From IMG/VR virus record IMGVR_UViG_2740892211_000008: 5,815 nt of DNA; one strand, given 5' to 3'. Origin of the DNA: a virus (Duplodnaviria > Heunggongvirae > Uroviricota > Caudoviricetes). Shown one piece after another: positions 1-5,642 of this stretch (position 1 is its first letter; each line of letters begins with the position of its first letter). The translations under genes were made by a program, and so were the position numbers. Under the pieces are notes generated by a model. That model was not told the DNA's origin and made no database searches. It saw nothing but the letters and a program-made list of their open reading frames with translations.

Positions 1-81
1 CAAAATCGGTGGAGCTGCATGACAAAGTCATCGGGCATTATCTGAACATAAAACACTATCAATAAGTTGGAGTCATTACCG
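1..81. repeat. Left copy of a perfect 81-bp inverted repeat at the window terminus
   Basis: Positions 1-81 are the exact reverse complement of 5735-5815 (81/81). Identity breaks at position 82 versus 5734. The repeat may continue beyond the window edge, which cannot be seen. Confidence 0.95.
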
Positions 82-191
82 CATCTGTTATGGATAAAAA
101 TGAAGTCGTACGACAGAGTCTTGTTGATTATATCGACTCGCTTCAACCTGGCACTTTCAATCATGAGAGCTTCAATCATGAGAAAGAGCAT
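1..191 (-). CDS. Partial outward-reading ORF of unknown function; 37 unique codons then 26 codons encoded by the repeat; continues past the left edge
   Basis: The minus-strand frame is open from the stop at 270-272 through position 1. From ATG at 191 it reads MLFLMIEALMIESARLKRVDIINKTLSYDFIFIHNRC, then the repeat-encoded GNDSNLLIVFYVQIMPDDFVMQLHRF. No convincing Shine-Dalgarno before any of the candidate ATGs (191, 179, 164), so start and reality are uncertain. Confidence 0.25.
   Translation of the reverse strand, partial: MLFLMIEALMIESARLKRVDIINKTLSYDFIFIHNRCGNDSNLLIVFYVQIMPDDFVMQLHRF
156..183. repeat. Tandem direct repeat, two copies of TTCAATCATGAGA (156-168 and 171-183)
   Basis: Exact 13-bp unit repeated with a 15-bp period; each copy contains the palindromic hexamer TCATGA. 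Lies between the 106-aa gene and the left inverted repeat. Confidence 0.8.
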
Positions 192-213
192 GTTAAGTCT
201 GTAATTAATTCTC

Positions 214-534
214 TTATTTTGAATCAAAAGAATTAATGCTTTTTGTTGAAAAGTAATTTTCAAGGGGTTCTATTCGAATTCCTTTCTTTTTCATTAACAA
301 GCCAAGCCCCTTATCAATGATGTCCATTAGATCCAGGAAGTATTTTTCATGTAAATCCTGGTTATCAGAGAGCTGCTTCTCTTCGTACAGACCGATAAAG
401 GCACGACGCACGTTACCGGATATAGTATCGATGGTTTCTTTTTCTACGGTACTCAGGTCAAGAGTCGCCAGTTGGGAACGAACTATATTCGCTGCCATTT
501 CCTGGAATTGCATTGGTAAATCTTTAAATTCCAT
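214..534 (-). CDS. Hypothetical 106-aa protein, AT-rich cargo gene at the distal end of the leftward operon
   Basis: ORF of 106 codons with GAGG about 8 nt upstream of the ATG at 534. Visibly lower GC than the neighbouring immunity genes. No signal peptide or transmembrane segment apparent and no family recognised. Confidence 0.6.
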   Translation of the reverse strand: MEFKDLPMQFQEMAANIVRSQLATLDLSTVEKETIDTISGNVRRAFIGLYEEKQLSDNQDLHEKYFLDLMDIIDKGLGLLMKKKGIRIEPLENYFSTKSINSFDSK

Positions 535-556
535 TATTAGCCTCGTTGGTTAGCTA

Positions 557-775
557 TTAACGTGGGTATGTAATCATTCTGGCAATGCTTAATGCCGCTG
601 CTTTTTCCAGATTGGCGATACCCTGCTCCAGAGCGGACAGATTTTCAGCCTGCTTAGCCCTGGCTTCATTGGCCCATTTCAGATCCTGCGCTGCATTAAT
701 TTTCTGGCGCATCCACTCATAAAGTTCATCATCGGTATAGTCTGGCGCGATGATGACGGGTTCTCGTTTCTGCAT
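557..775 (-). CDS. ydfC: YdfC-like small prophage protein (72 aa)
   Basis: 72-codon ORF with GAGGA 7-8 nt upstream of the ATG. It is the third small gene downstream of the DicA-like repressor, matching the remembered Qin order dicA-ydfA-ydfB-ydfC and the remembered YdfC length (72 aa). The symbol rests on synteny and length, not on a sequence alignment. Confidence 0.6.
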   Translation of the reverse strand: MQKREPVIIAPDYTDDELYEWMRQKINAAQDLKWANEARAKQAENLSALEQGIANLEKAAALSIARMITYPR

Positions 776-804
776 ACTGATTCCTCGCGGTGCTGCTTCG
801 CTTA

Positions 805-933
805 TCAGCCGTTAGATTTTGCCGAGCTGGAAAGCGCCTGTTTAAACTCACTGAAGCTGAGAGCTTCTTCGCCTTCGGCAAGGCCTTCGAAGTATTCTTC
901 GTAAGCCTTTTCCATGATTGTGTCGAAATCCAT
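805..933 (-). CDS. ydfB: YdfB-like small acidic protein (42 aa); absent from the ORF track because it is short
   Basis: Minus-strand translation gives MDFDTIMEKAYEEYFEGLAEGEEALSFSEFKQALSSSAKSNG then stop. AGGTGA sits 5-6 nt upstream, and the ATG is 1 nt after the upstream gene's TGA (tight coupling). Length and position match remembered Qin YdfB (42 aa). Confidence 0.55.
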   Translation of the reverse strand: MDFDTIMEKAYEEYFEGLAEGEEALSFSEFKQALSSSAKSNG

Positions 934-934
934 A

Positions 935-1090
935 TCACTCACCTGAGTTTCTTTCCAGCCAGCGACGGGCACCATTTTCGGTTTTAAACGTTTTGCTTTT
1001 GGTATACGTCATCGCGGTGAATGTGCCGTCCTGGTTGGGAAACACGCCGTACACCAGAGATTCGTTGTTGCCAAGACCGATAGTATCCAT
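935..1090 (-). CDS. ydfA: YdfA-like small prophage protein (51 aa)
   Basis: Start chosen at the internal ATG at 1090 (MDTIGLGNNESLVYGVFPNQDGTFTAMTYTKSKTFKTENGARRWLERNSGE), which has GAGGT 5 nt upstream. The 69-aa version in the ORF track has no RBS. Length and position match remembered Qin YdfA (51 aa). Confidence 0.6.
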   Translation of the reverse strand: MDTIGLGNNESLVYGVFPNQDGTFTAMTYTKSKTFKTENGARRWLERNSGE

Positions 1091-1159
1091 GTTGACCTCA
1101 TTTCCCCTTAACGCCGGAGTAGCGGAACTGTTTGCTGAGAACACCGTGCGGTGTCTTGA

Positions 1160-1225
1160 TGAGTGAAATTTAGAATAACCTAAGTCATATGGTCAAGATT
1201 TTTATGTAGAAAAACCTAAGTTTTT
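1160..1225 (-). promoter_or_regulatory. Candidate leftward promoter and operator region upstream of the ydfA-like operon
   Basis: Minus strand has TTGACC (complement of 1191-1196) and a weak -10-like hexamer around 1168-1174. The 10-mer GACTTAGGTT (complement of 1177-1186) lies in the spacer, and a second AACCTAAG copy is at 1213-1220. The same 10-mer recurs in the repressor/cro intergenic region. Confidence 0.4.
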
Positions 1226-1291
1226 TGGTGTAAAAAACACAAGTGTTTGAAAGTTTGTGCTTTTTATTACAGGGTGTGGAGAAAAAAGGGG

Positions 1292-1699
1292 TTATTTGTT
1301 TGCGCTTCTTTTGCGAGCTTTAAGTAGTTCTTCAAAAAGTTTGTTGAAATTTTCAACTCGAGCACGCATCTCTGACAACAGGGCCTTTTGCTCTGAGTCA
1401 GGCAGTGCGTCGAACAGTTGAAGTAACTCTTTTTGATCTTCTGTCAGAATGGCTGGCTGATTATTCGGGATCGGTTCGCCTGGTTGTTTATCTTCATCCC
1501 CAAAAAGAAGCCAAGTCGGTGAGCACTGAAGCGCTTGGCTCAGTGCGAATAATCTTTTCCCCGCCGGCTGTGTTTCATCTCTTTCCCATTGAGAAATTGT
1601 TACGTGAGCCACTTTGACCAGCTTACCTAATGCGGCCTGAGACAGTTTTAATTTTTTACGCCTATGTAAGAGGCGAGCACCGAAGGTTTCGTTTTTCAT
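1292..1699 (-). CDS. dicA: DicA-like XRE-family HTH prophage repressor (135 aa, cI functional analogue)
   Basis: N-terminal HTH (KLSQAALGKLVKVAHVTISQWE) and a C-terminal segment (LFALSQALQCSPTWLLFGDEDKQPG ... MRARVENFNKLFEELLKARKR) that closely matches my memory of E. coli Qin DicA. Same 135-aa length. Divergent from a Cro-like gene. No Shine-Dalgarno upstream of the ATG. Confidence 0.8.
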   Translation of the reverse strand: MKNETFGARLLHRRKKLKLSQAALGKLVKVAHVTISQWERDETQPAGKRLFALSQALQCSPTWLLFGDEDKQPGEPIPNNQPAILTEDQKELLQLFDALPDSEQKALLSEMRARVENFNKLFEELLKARKRSANK

Positions 1700-1775
1700 A
1701 TTAGGGAATTCTAATTTTTCTTGACTTAGGTTTCTCTACGATCTGGTTTCCTTAGGAAAATCTAAGGAGCTCGAT
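1700..1775. promoter_or_regulatory. Divergent promoter/operator region between the repressor and the Cro-like gene
   Basis: 76-bp intergenic region. Contains TTGACT (1721-1726) overlapping GACTTAGGTT (1723-1732), plus CTTAGG at 1751-1756 and CTAAGG at 1762-1767. AAGGAG RBS sits before the cro-like ATG. A TAGAAT-like -10 on the minus strand (complement of 1708-1713) sits about 7 nt from the repressor ATG. Confidence 0.5.
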
Positions 1776-2003
1776 ATGTTGAAAATTGATGCTATAGCGT
1801 TTTTTGGCAGCAAAACAAAGCTTGCCAATGCCGCAGGAGTTAGGTTGGCAAGCATTGCTGCATGGGGGGAACTGGTTCCTGAAGGTCGCGCGATGCGCCT
1901 GCAAGAGGCATCCGGCGGGGAACTTCAGTACGACCCCAAAGTTTATGACGAATATCGTAAGGCAAAGCGGGCGGGGCGGTTGAACAATGAAAATCACCCC
2001 TGA
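1776..2003 (+). CDS. dicC: Cro/DicC-like small DNA-binding regulator (75 aa; YdaS-like)
   Basis: 75-aa ORF divergent from the repressor with AAGGAG 6-7 nt upstream. Size and position match the cro/dicC slot of lambdoid immunity regions. The dicC assignment is by position and size only. Confidence 0.65.
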   Translation: MLKIDAIAFFGSKTKLANAAGVRLASIAAWGELVPEGRAMRLQEASGGELQYDPKVYDEYRKAKRAGRLNNENHP

Positions 2004-2538
2004 ACAGGTTTGTGAGGCTCTGGATGCCTGGGTATGCCGACCAGGAATGACACAGGAGCAGGCGACGATATTAATCACGGAAGCATTCTGGGCTCTGAAA
2101 GAACGCCCGAACATCGATGTTCAACGCGTCACGTTTGATGATGGCGCGGTTGATCAACGGGCGCTGGGCGTTAACCGGGTGAAGATATTCGAACGCTGGA
2201 AATCTATCGACACCAGGGATAAGCGGGAAAAATTCACGGCGCTGATTCCGGCAATTATGGCGGCTATCCGGATCAGTGATTTCAGGTTGTATCGTGAAAT
2301 TACTGACGGAAAAAGCATTACGTACATGATCGCCGGGTTAAACAAAGAATATGGCGATGTGGTGGAGTCAGGGCTACTTTTTGCGGATCCAGCTGTTGTG
2401 GAACGTGAGACTGACGAACTTATAGAAAAAGCTATTGCTTTCAAGCGTGCGTATCGTCAGCAATACCAACATTACTTTGCAGATAAACAAATATCTGTCT
2501 GGGGTTCGTATGAGTATCGATGCGCTACGATGGGCTAA
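1987..2538 (+). CDS. YdaT-like protein (183 aa), the proposed CII functional equivalent
   Basis: Immediately downstream of and overlapping the Cro-like gene by 17 bp, which is the slot occupied by YdaT in Rac/CP-933P-type prophages. Family assignment is by position and general resemblance, not an alignment. Confidence 0.5.
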   Translation: MKITPEQVCEALDAWVCRPGMTQEQATILITEAFWALKERPNIDVQRVTFDDGAVDQRALGVNRVKIFERWKSIDTRDKREKFTALIPAIMAAIRISDFRLYREITDGKSITYMIAGLNKEYGDVVESGLLFADPAVVERETDELIEKAIAFKRAYRQQYQHYFADKQISVWGSYEYRCATMG

Positions 2539-3550
2539 AAAGGTGAAAACCGGCAGTTCATCCAGTAAGTCAGTATTGACCTGGCTTGCTGATATGTGCG
2601 GTGCCGATTTGTGTGCATACCCGTCTGTATCTGCACTGGCAGAAGTAACGGAACTGAACAAAAAGACTGTGCAGGACAGCTTACGACACCTGATGGAGAT
2701 TGGGTTAATTGTTGATACCGGTGAGAGAAAAGGCCGGACAAAACAAATTGTGGTGTACCGACTTATCGGTGTTGAAGAAAGTGTTACCGAGGATGAATAC
2801 ACCCAAAAACGGGAGTCTTTAAAGGTAGGTAAAATTGGTACTGTTAATAAAAACAGAACCGAAAACGGTTATGTTTCAGCACAAAACAGCCCCAAAAACG
2901 GAACTCTTTGCTGCATGGAAAATAACCAAAGACACCCAAATTTTCCATCAAAGACACCCAAAAACGGATCACGGAACCCAAAGGAACCCAAAGATTTAAA
3001 CCCCACACATAACGCACGCGAGAGTGCTCCGACCAGTGAGCAGGAAGTTTTGTCGTTACAGGCAGTCCCCCCTGTATTCCTGGATGGCCTGAGCGAACCC
3101 ATCGGAAAATTTCCGATGACCGATAACTGGTATCCGTCACGGGATTTTCGACGACGGGCTGCGTTGTGGGGGATGGCTTTGCCGGAGACAGAATTCACAC
3201 CTGCTGAACTTGCCGCATTCCGGGACTACTGGGCAGCGGAGGGGAAAGTGTTTACGCAGGTTCAGTGGGAGCAGAAATTCGCCCGTCACGTAAATCACGT
3301 CAGGGCGCAGGTTAAACCAGTCAGCAAGGGGGTAAACCATGCAGCAGCACCAGGTGGAACCGCATCACGGGCAGTTCAGGAAATTCGGGCAGCACGTGAG
3401 CAGTGGGAACGTGAAAACGGATTTATCAGCGACGGAAACGGCCTGGAAGCTGTGGGAGCTCATGGGGGAGGTTTATTCGAACCGCTGGACCCAGAAGAAC
3501 GGGGCCGCACCTTCGAAGCTCTGGATTGCACAGATTGGCGCGATGACTGA
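2510..3550 (+). CDS. Replication initiator, lambda O functional analogue, with N-terminal HTH/winged-helix and C-terminal DnaT-like region (346 aa from ATG 2510)
   Basis: Start placed at the internal ATG at 2510 (MSIDALRWAKKVKTGSSSSKSVLTWLADMCGADLCAYPSVSALAEVTELNKKTVQDSLRHLMEIGLIVDTG), a typical phage initiator HTH N-terminus. The C-terminal segment (TPAELAAFRDYWAAEGKVFTQVQWEQKFARHVNHVRAQ) resembles DnaT-like domains of prophage replication proteins. A low-complexity linker holds iteron-like DNA repeats. The last 212 bp overlap the P-like gene out of frame. Confidence 0.7.
   Translation: MSIDALRWAKKVKTGSSSSKSVLTWLADMCGADLCAYPSVSALAEVTELNKKTVQDSLRHLMEIGLIVDTGERKGRTKQIVVYRLIGVEESVTEDEYTQKRESLKVGKIGTVNKNRTENGYVSAQNSPKNGTLCCMENNQRHPNFPSKTPKNGSRNPKEPKDLNPTHNARESAPTSEQEVLSLQAVPPVFLDGLSEPIGKFPMTDNWYPSRDFRRRAALWGMALPETEFTPAELAAFRDYWAAEGKVFTQVQWEQKFARHVNHVRAQVKPVSKGVNHAAAPGGTASRAVQEIRAAREQWERENGFISDGNGLEAVGAHGGGLFEPLDPEERGRTFEALDCTDWRDD
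2856..2994. repeat. Iteron-like repeat cluster inside the O-like gene (putative replication origin)
   Basis: Repeated CCCAAAAACGG-type units at about 2858, 2891, 2932, 2955, 2975 and 2986 (for example GAACCGAAAACGG, CCCCAAAAACGG, ACACCCAAAAACGG, GAACCCAAAGG twice). An AT-rich stretch lies just upstream at 2821-2855. Lambda's origin is likewise iterons embedded in the O gene. Confidence 0.45.
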
Positions 3551-4004
3551 GCAGCAAATCCGGCAGGTCTGCCGCCAGTGCATGGACTGCTGCCGGGCGG
3601 GTGAAACATGGCCTCCGGACCTGGCTGAGTTTGTGGCGCTGATTTCGGAAAGCGGGGCCAATCCATTTGGTCTGACGGTGGATGCTGTGATGGAGGAGTA
3701 CCGCCGCTGGCGCAATGAGTCCTGGCGATACGACGGAAGTGATAAGTACCCGTGGTCTCAGCCTGTGCTGTATCACATTTGCCTCGAGATGCGTTCAAAG
3801 GGGATTGAACGCCAGATGACCGAAGGGGAGTTAAAACGGCTTGCAGAACGGCAGCTGACGAAATGGGCAAAGCATGTTAGCAACGGCCTGAGTGTTCCGC
3901 CTGTCCGGCGACAACTGGCAGCACCCAAACGTCCTGCGGGACCAACGCCAATTGAGTTGCTGAAACAGGAATATGAACGCCGGAAAGCGGCTGGGTTTGT
4001 CTGA
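3339..4004 (+). CDS. Lambda P-like replication protein (221 aa; helicase-loader family)
   Basis: Strong RBS AAGGGGG 9 nt upstream of ATG 3339. Segments (AMTEQQIRQVCRQ..., PDLAEFVAL, YPWSQPVLYHICLEMR, TEGELKRLAERQL) resemble the lambda P layout as I remember it (TTMEQVNAGMRVARRQ, PGQFVAWC, YPWKSNAHYWLVTNLYQNMR, TDAELRRKAADEL). Sits directly after the O-like gene as in lambda. Confidence 0.65.
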   Translation: MQQHQVEPHHGQFRKFGQHVSSGNVKTDLSATETAWKLWELMGEVYSNRWTQKNGAAPSKLWIAQIGAMTEQQIRQVCRQCMDCCRAGETWPPDLAEFVALISESGANPFGLTVDAVMEEYRRWRNESWRYDGSDKYPWSQPVLYHICLEMRSKGIERQMTEGELKRLAERQLTKWAKHVSNGLSVPPVRRQLAAPKRPAGPTPIELLKQEYERRKAAGFV

Positions 4005-4036
4005 TTTGAGAAGTAATTTTTACCGGGAGGAAATTT

Positions 4037-4783
4037 ATGGAGACTGTTTTTGACGCACTGAAAGCGATGGGAAAAGCCACGTCGGTAGAGCTGGCTGCGC
4101 GACTTGATATCAGTCGTGAAGAAGTGCTGAACGAGCTGTGGGAACTGAGAAAGGCTGGCTTCGTTGATAAAAGCGTATACACCTGGCGTGTGGCTTATAA
4201 CAACGTTCAGCAGGAACAGCCAGCGCCGGCAGAACTGTCGGAAGAAACCACCACGGCAACAGTCGCTAAAATTTCGGAGTGCGATTTAACTGCGACGGTT
4301 GAACAACGCGGACCACAAACGGCTGATGAGCTGGCTACGTTGTTCGGTACAACATCACGCAAAGTGGCTTCAACGCTGGCAATGGCAATCAGCAAAGGTC
4401 GTCTGATTCGTGTAAACCAGAACGGTAAATTTCGTTACTGCATGCCGGGCGATAAGTTACCAGCAGAGCCGAAATCCGTGCCGGTAACGGAAAATGATGG
4501 TAAAGCCTTTCCTCAGCCAGCAGGTGTTGCGTTACCAGTACAGGAAGCTGCAACACAGGAAGATATTAAAACAGAAACTGTGGCTGATATTGTGCAATCG
4601 TTGCCATCGTTTACTGAAACGCGAGCGGATGACCTGGTTTTACCATCGCTGCATATGGCAAACCGCGAATTGCGTCGGGCGAAAAGTCATGTCCAGAAGT
4701 GGGAGCGAGTCTGCGCCGCGCTGCGGGAGCTGAACAAGCACCGAGATATGGTTGCCGGGATTTGTCGGAAGTCCGGGCAATGA
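4037..4783 (+). CDS. Prophage protein with two winged-helix-like modules (248 aa), function unknown
   Basis: GGGAGG RBS 7 nt upstream of the ATG. N-terminal segment [33 protein letters not shown] and a second segment [33 protein letters not shown] both look like winged-helix recognition modules. Possibly a DUF1627-type prophage protein, but that is a recollection only. Confidence 0.6.
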   Translation: METVFDALKAMGKATSVELAARLDISREEVLNELWELRKAGFVDKSVYTWRVAYNNVQQEQPAPAELSEETTTATVAKISECDLTATVEQRGPQTADELATLFGTTSRKVASTLAMAISKGRLIRVNQNGKFRYCMPGDKLPAEPKSVPVTENDGKAFPQPAGVALPVQEAATQEDIKTETVADIVQSLPSFTETRADDLVLPSLHMANRELRRAKSHVQKWERVCAALRELNKHRDMVAGICRKSGQ

Positions 4784-4944
4784 GCGGATGGTGCAGGCCT
4801 GAAATTATGATACTAACAATGAAGGTAAAATGCATCGGCAGTCTGATTGGTCGTAGTGAGGCGGCGGTCAGGATGAAAGCCCGAGTTAAGGGAATAAGCC
4901 TGATTCTGCGGGGTAATTTTCACCAGTCAACAAAATATCCGTAG
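4780..4944 (+). CDS. Small hypothetical ORF (54 aa), possibly coupled to the upstream gene
   Basis: ATG at 4780 overlaps the upstream TGA (ATGA arrangement). Translation [54 protein letters not shown]. Weak RBS and no recognisable family. Confidence 0.3.
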   Translation: MSGWCRPEIMILTMKVKCIGSLIGRSEAAVRMKARVKGISLILRGNFHQSTKYP

Positions 4945-4981
4945 CGCGATAACGGTCAAAAATCATGGCGCTGACACTTTT

Positions 4982-5224
4982 GTGCCACTGGAGATGACTG
5001 TACCTAAGTTCAGGGGAGAAGAACACGTCCGGTGGGATGGTCGGGCCAGATTTAAAGGGCAGGTCATGGCTCCAGCCAGTACGCTGGCAATGGAGGCTGC
5101 CTGGCTGGAAATTGATATGGGAACCACGCCACTCAGGGATTTACTGCCGGTCCAGAGAATAAATTCCTGTTACGGTTACACCACTGTGATCTTGCAAGTG
5201 CAGGAAAGTAGGTCTACACGGTAA
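4982..5224 (+). CDS. Hypothetical ORF (80 aa from GTG 4982, or shorter from ATG 4994), possibly a gene remnant
   Basis: Open frame only. No good RBS for either start and no recognisable domain. Sits where the phage module gives way to the AT-rich right arm. Confidence 0.25.
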   Translation: MPLEMTVPKFRGEEHVRWDGRARFKGQVMAPASTLAMEAAWLEIDMGTTPLRDLLPVQRINSCYGYTTVILQVQESRSTR

Positions 5225-5450
5225 CGCGAGTGCGTGTAACTTTTGATGTTATTTCCGTAGAAACACCGGACAAATTTTCGCTGGCAGGTCATGCTGAAGG
5301 TATAAATCTGCAGATTATGGACAATTACGGATATCCGGCAAGAGCCGGAAAAAGCATGCCGCCTCTAATTCTCAGTGGAAGATGGACTTGATTATACTCA
5401 TTGCATTGTCAGAAATAGTTATCCATTAAAGGCTGGCTATTCCAAACAGG

Positions 5451-5478
5451 ATGTTGATTACAAAAATGTAATCAACAT
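5451..5478. promoter_or_regulatory. Perfect 28-bp palindrome (12-bp arms, 4-bp spacer), candidate operator upstream of the secreted-protein gene
   Basis: ATGTTGATTACA-AAAA-TGTAATCAACAT; the two arms are exact reverse complements. About 165 bp upstream of ATG 5643 and just upstream of a consensus -10. Confidence 0.6.
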
Positions 5479-5504
5479 GTAAGGTTTATACTCTTCAATA
5501 TGCG

Positions 5505-5510
5505 TATAAT
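5505..5510 (+). promoter_or_regulatory. Consensus -10 hexamer TATAAT, candidate promoter for the right-end gene
   Basis: Exact TATAAT at 5505-5510 in an AT-rich leader. No good -35 at 17 bp (AGGTTT), which suggests activator dependence or an extended -10 type promoter. Predicted start about 5517. Confidence 0.3.
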
Positions 5511-5642
5511 TTTCCTTATTTTGTTAACTTTAAATAACAAGCTATGCACGAGGTAAAGTCGGATAAGTTTATCTGGATGTAATATATATTATTTGTAGTG
5601 TTTATAACTTTATTTCATGATAACCAATAAAAGGAGTTTTTT

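Noticed and set aside
1-81. The terminal repeat as a Hin/Gin/Cin/Pin-type serine-invertase crossover site
   Set aside because: Those sites are about 26 bp with AAACC ... GGTTT half-sites around a 2-bp core. The repeat contains TTATCTGAACATAAAACACTATCAATAA but no such dyad, and no invertase gene is in the window.
317-553. Plus-strand 78-aa ORF
   Set aside because: Antisense shadow of the 106-aa gene with no RBS.
729-987. ORF-track calls 729-938 (minus, 69 aa) and 790-987 (plus, 65 aa)
   Set aside because: Both are alternative-frame or antisense readings over the 42-aa ORF at 805-933, which has a proper RBS and is tightly coupled to its neighbour. The 729-938 product is an arginine-rich, low-complexity translation.
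935-1144. 69-aa version of the first leftward ORF starting at 1144
   Set aside because: The N-terminal extension has no RBS, while the internal ATG at 1090 has GAGGT 5 nt upstream and gives the 51-aa length expected for a YdfA-like protein.
1405-1617. Plus-strand 70-aa ORF
   Set aside because: Antisense to the well-supported repressor gene.
2435-2509. Upstream start at 2435 for the initiator gene (371-aa version)
   Set aside because: The 25 extra residues (MLSSVRIVSNTNITLQINKYLSGVR) lie inside the upstream gene and look non-native. The ATG at 2510 begins a typical initiator HTH N-terminus.
1752-2802. Minus-strand ORFs 1752-2114, 2154-2444 and 2374-2802
   Set aside because: Antisense to the Cro-like, YdaT-like and O-like genes; low-complexity translations with no start signals.
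2535-4395. Minus-strand ORFs 2535-2741, 2844-3140, 2869-3198, 3137-3340, 3426-3776, 3460-3870, 3473-3715, 3877-4182 and 4207-4395
   Set aside because: All lie antisense to the O-like, P-like or winged-helix genes, overlap one another in several frames, and give Arg/Ser/Pro-rich translations typical of antisense frames.
4699-4779. 81-aa version of the small ORF starting at 4699
   Set aside because: Its first 27 codons overlap the winged-helix gene out of frame. If the ORF is real, the coupled ATG at 4780 is the more plausible start.
4494-4835. ORFs 4494-4733 (plus) and 4611-4835 (minus)
   Set aside because: Alternative-frame or antisense readings within the 3' end of the winged-helix gene, with no independent support.
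5210-5241. Rho-independent terminator after the 4982-5224 ORF
   Set aside because: Only a 4-bp stem (ACGC/GCGT) is found before a short T-run, which is too weak to call.
5454-5475. FNR or CRP site within the 28-bp palindrome
   Set aside because: TTGAT and ATCAA are present but 12 nt apart instead of the 4 nt FNR requires, and there is no TGTGA-N6-TCACA CRP core.
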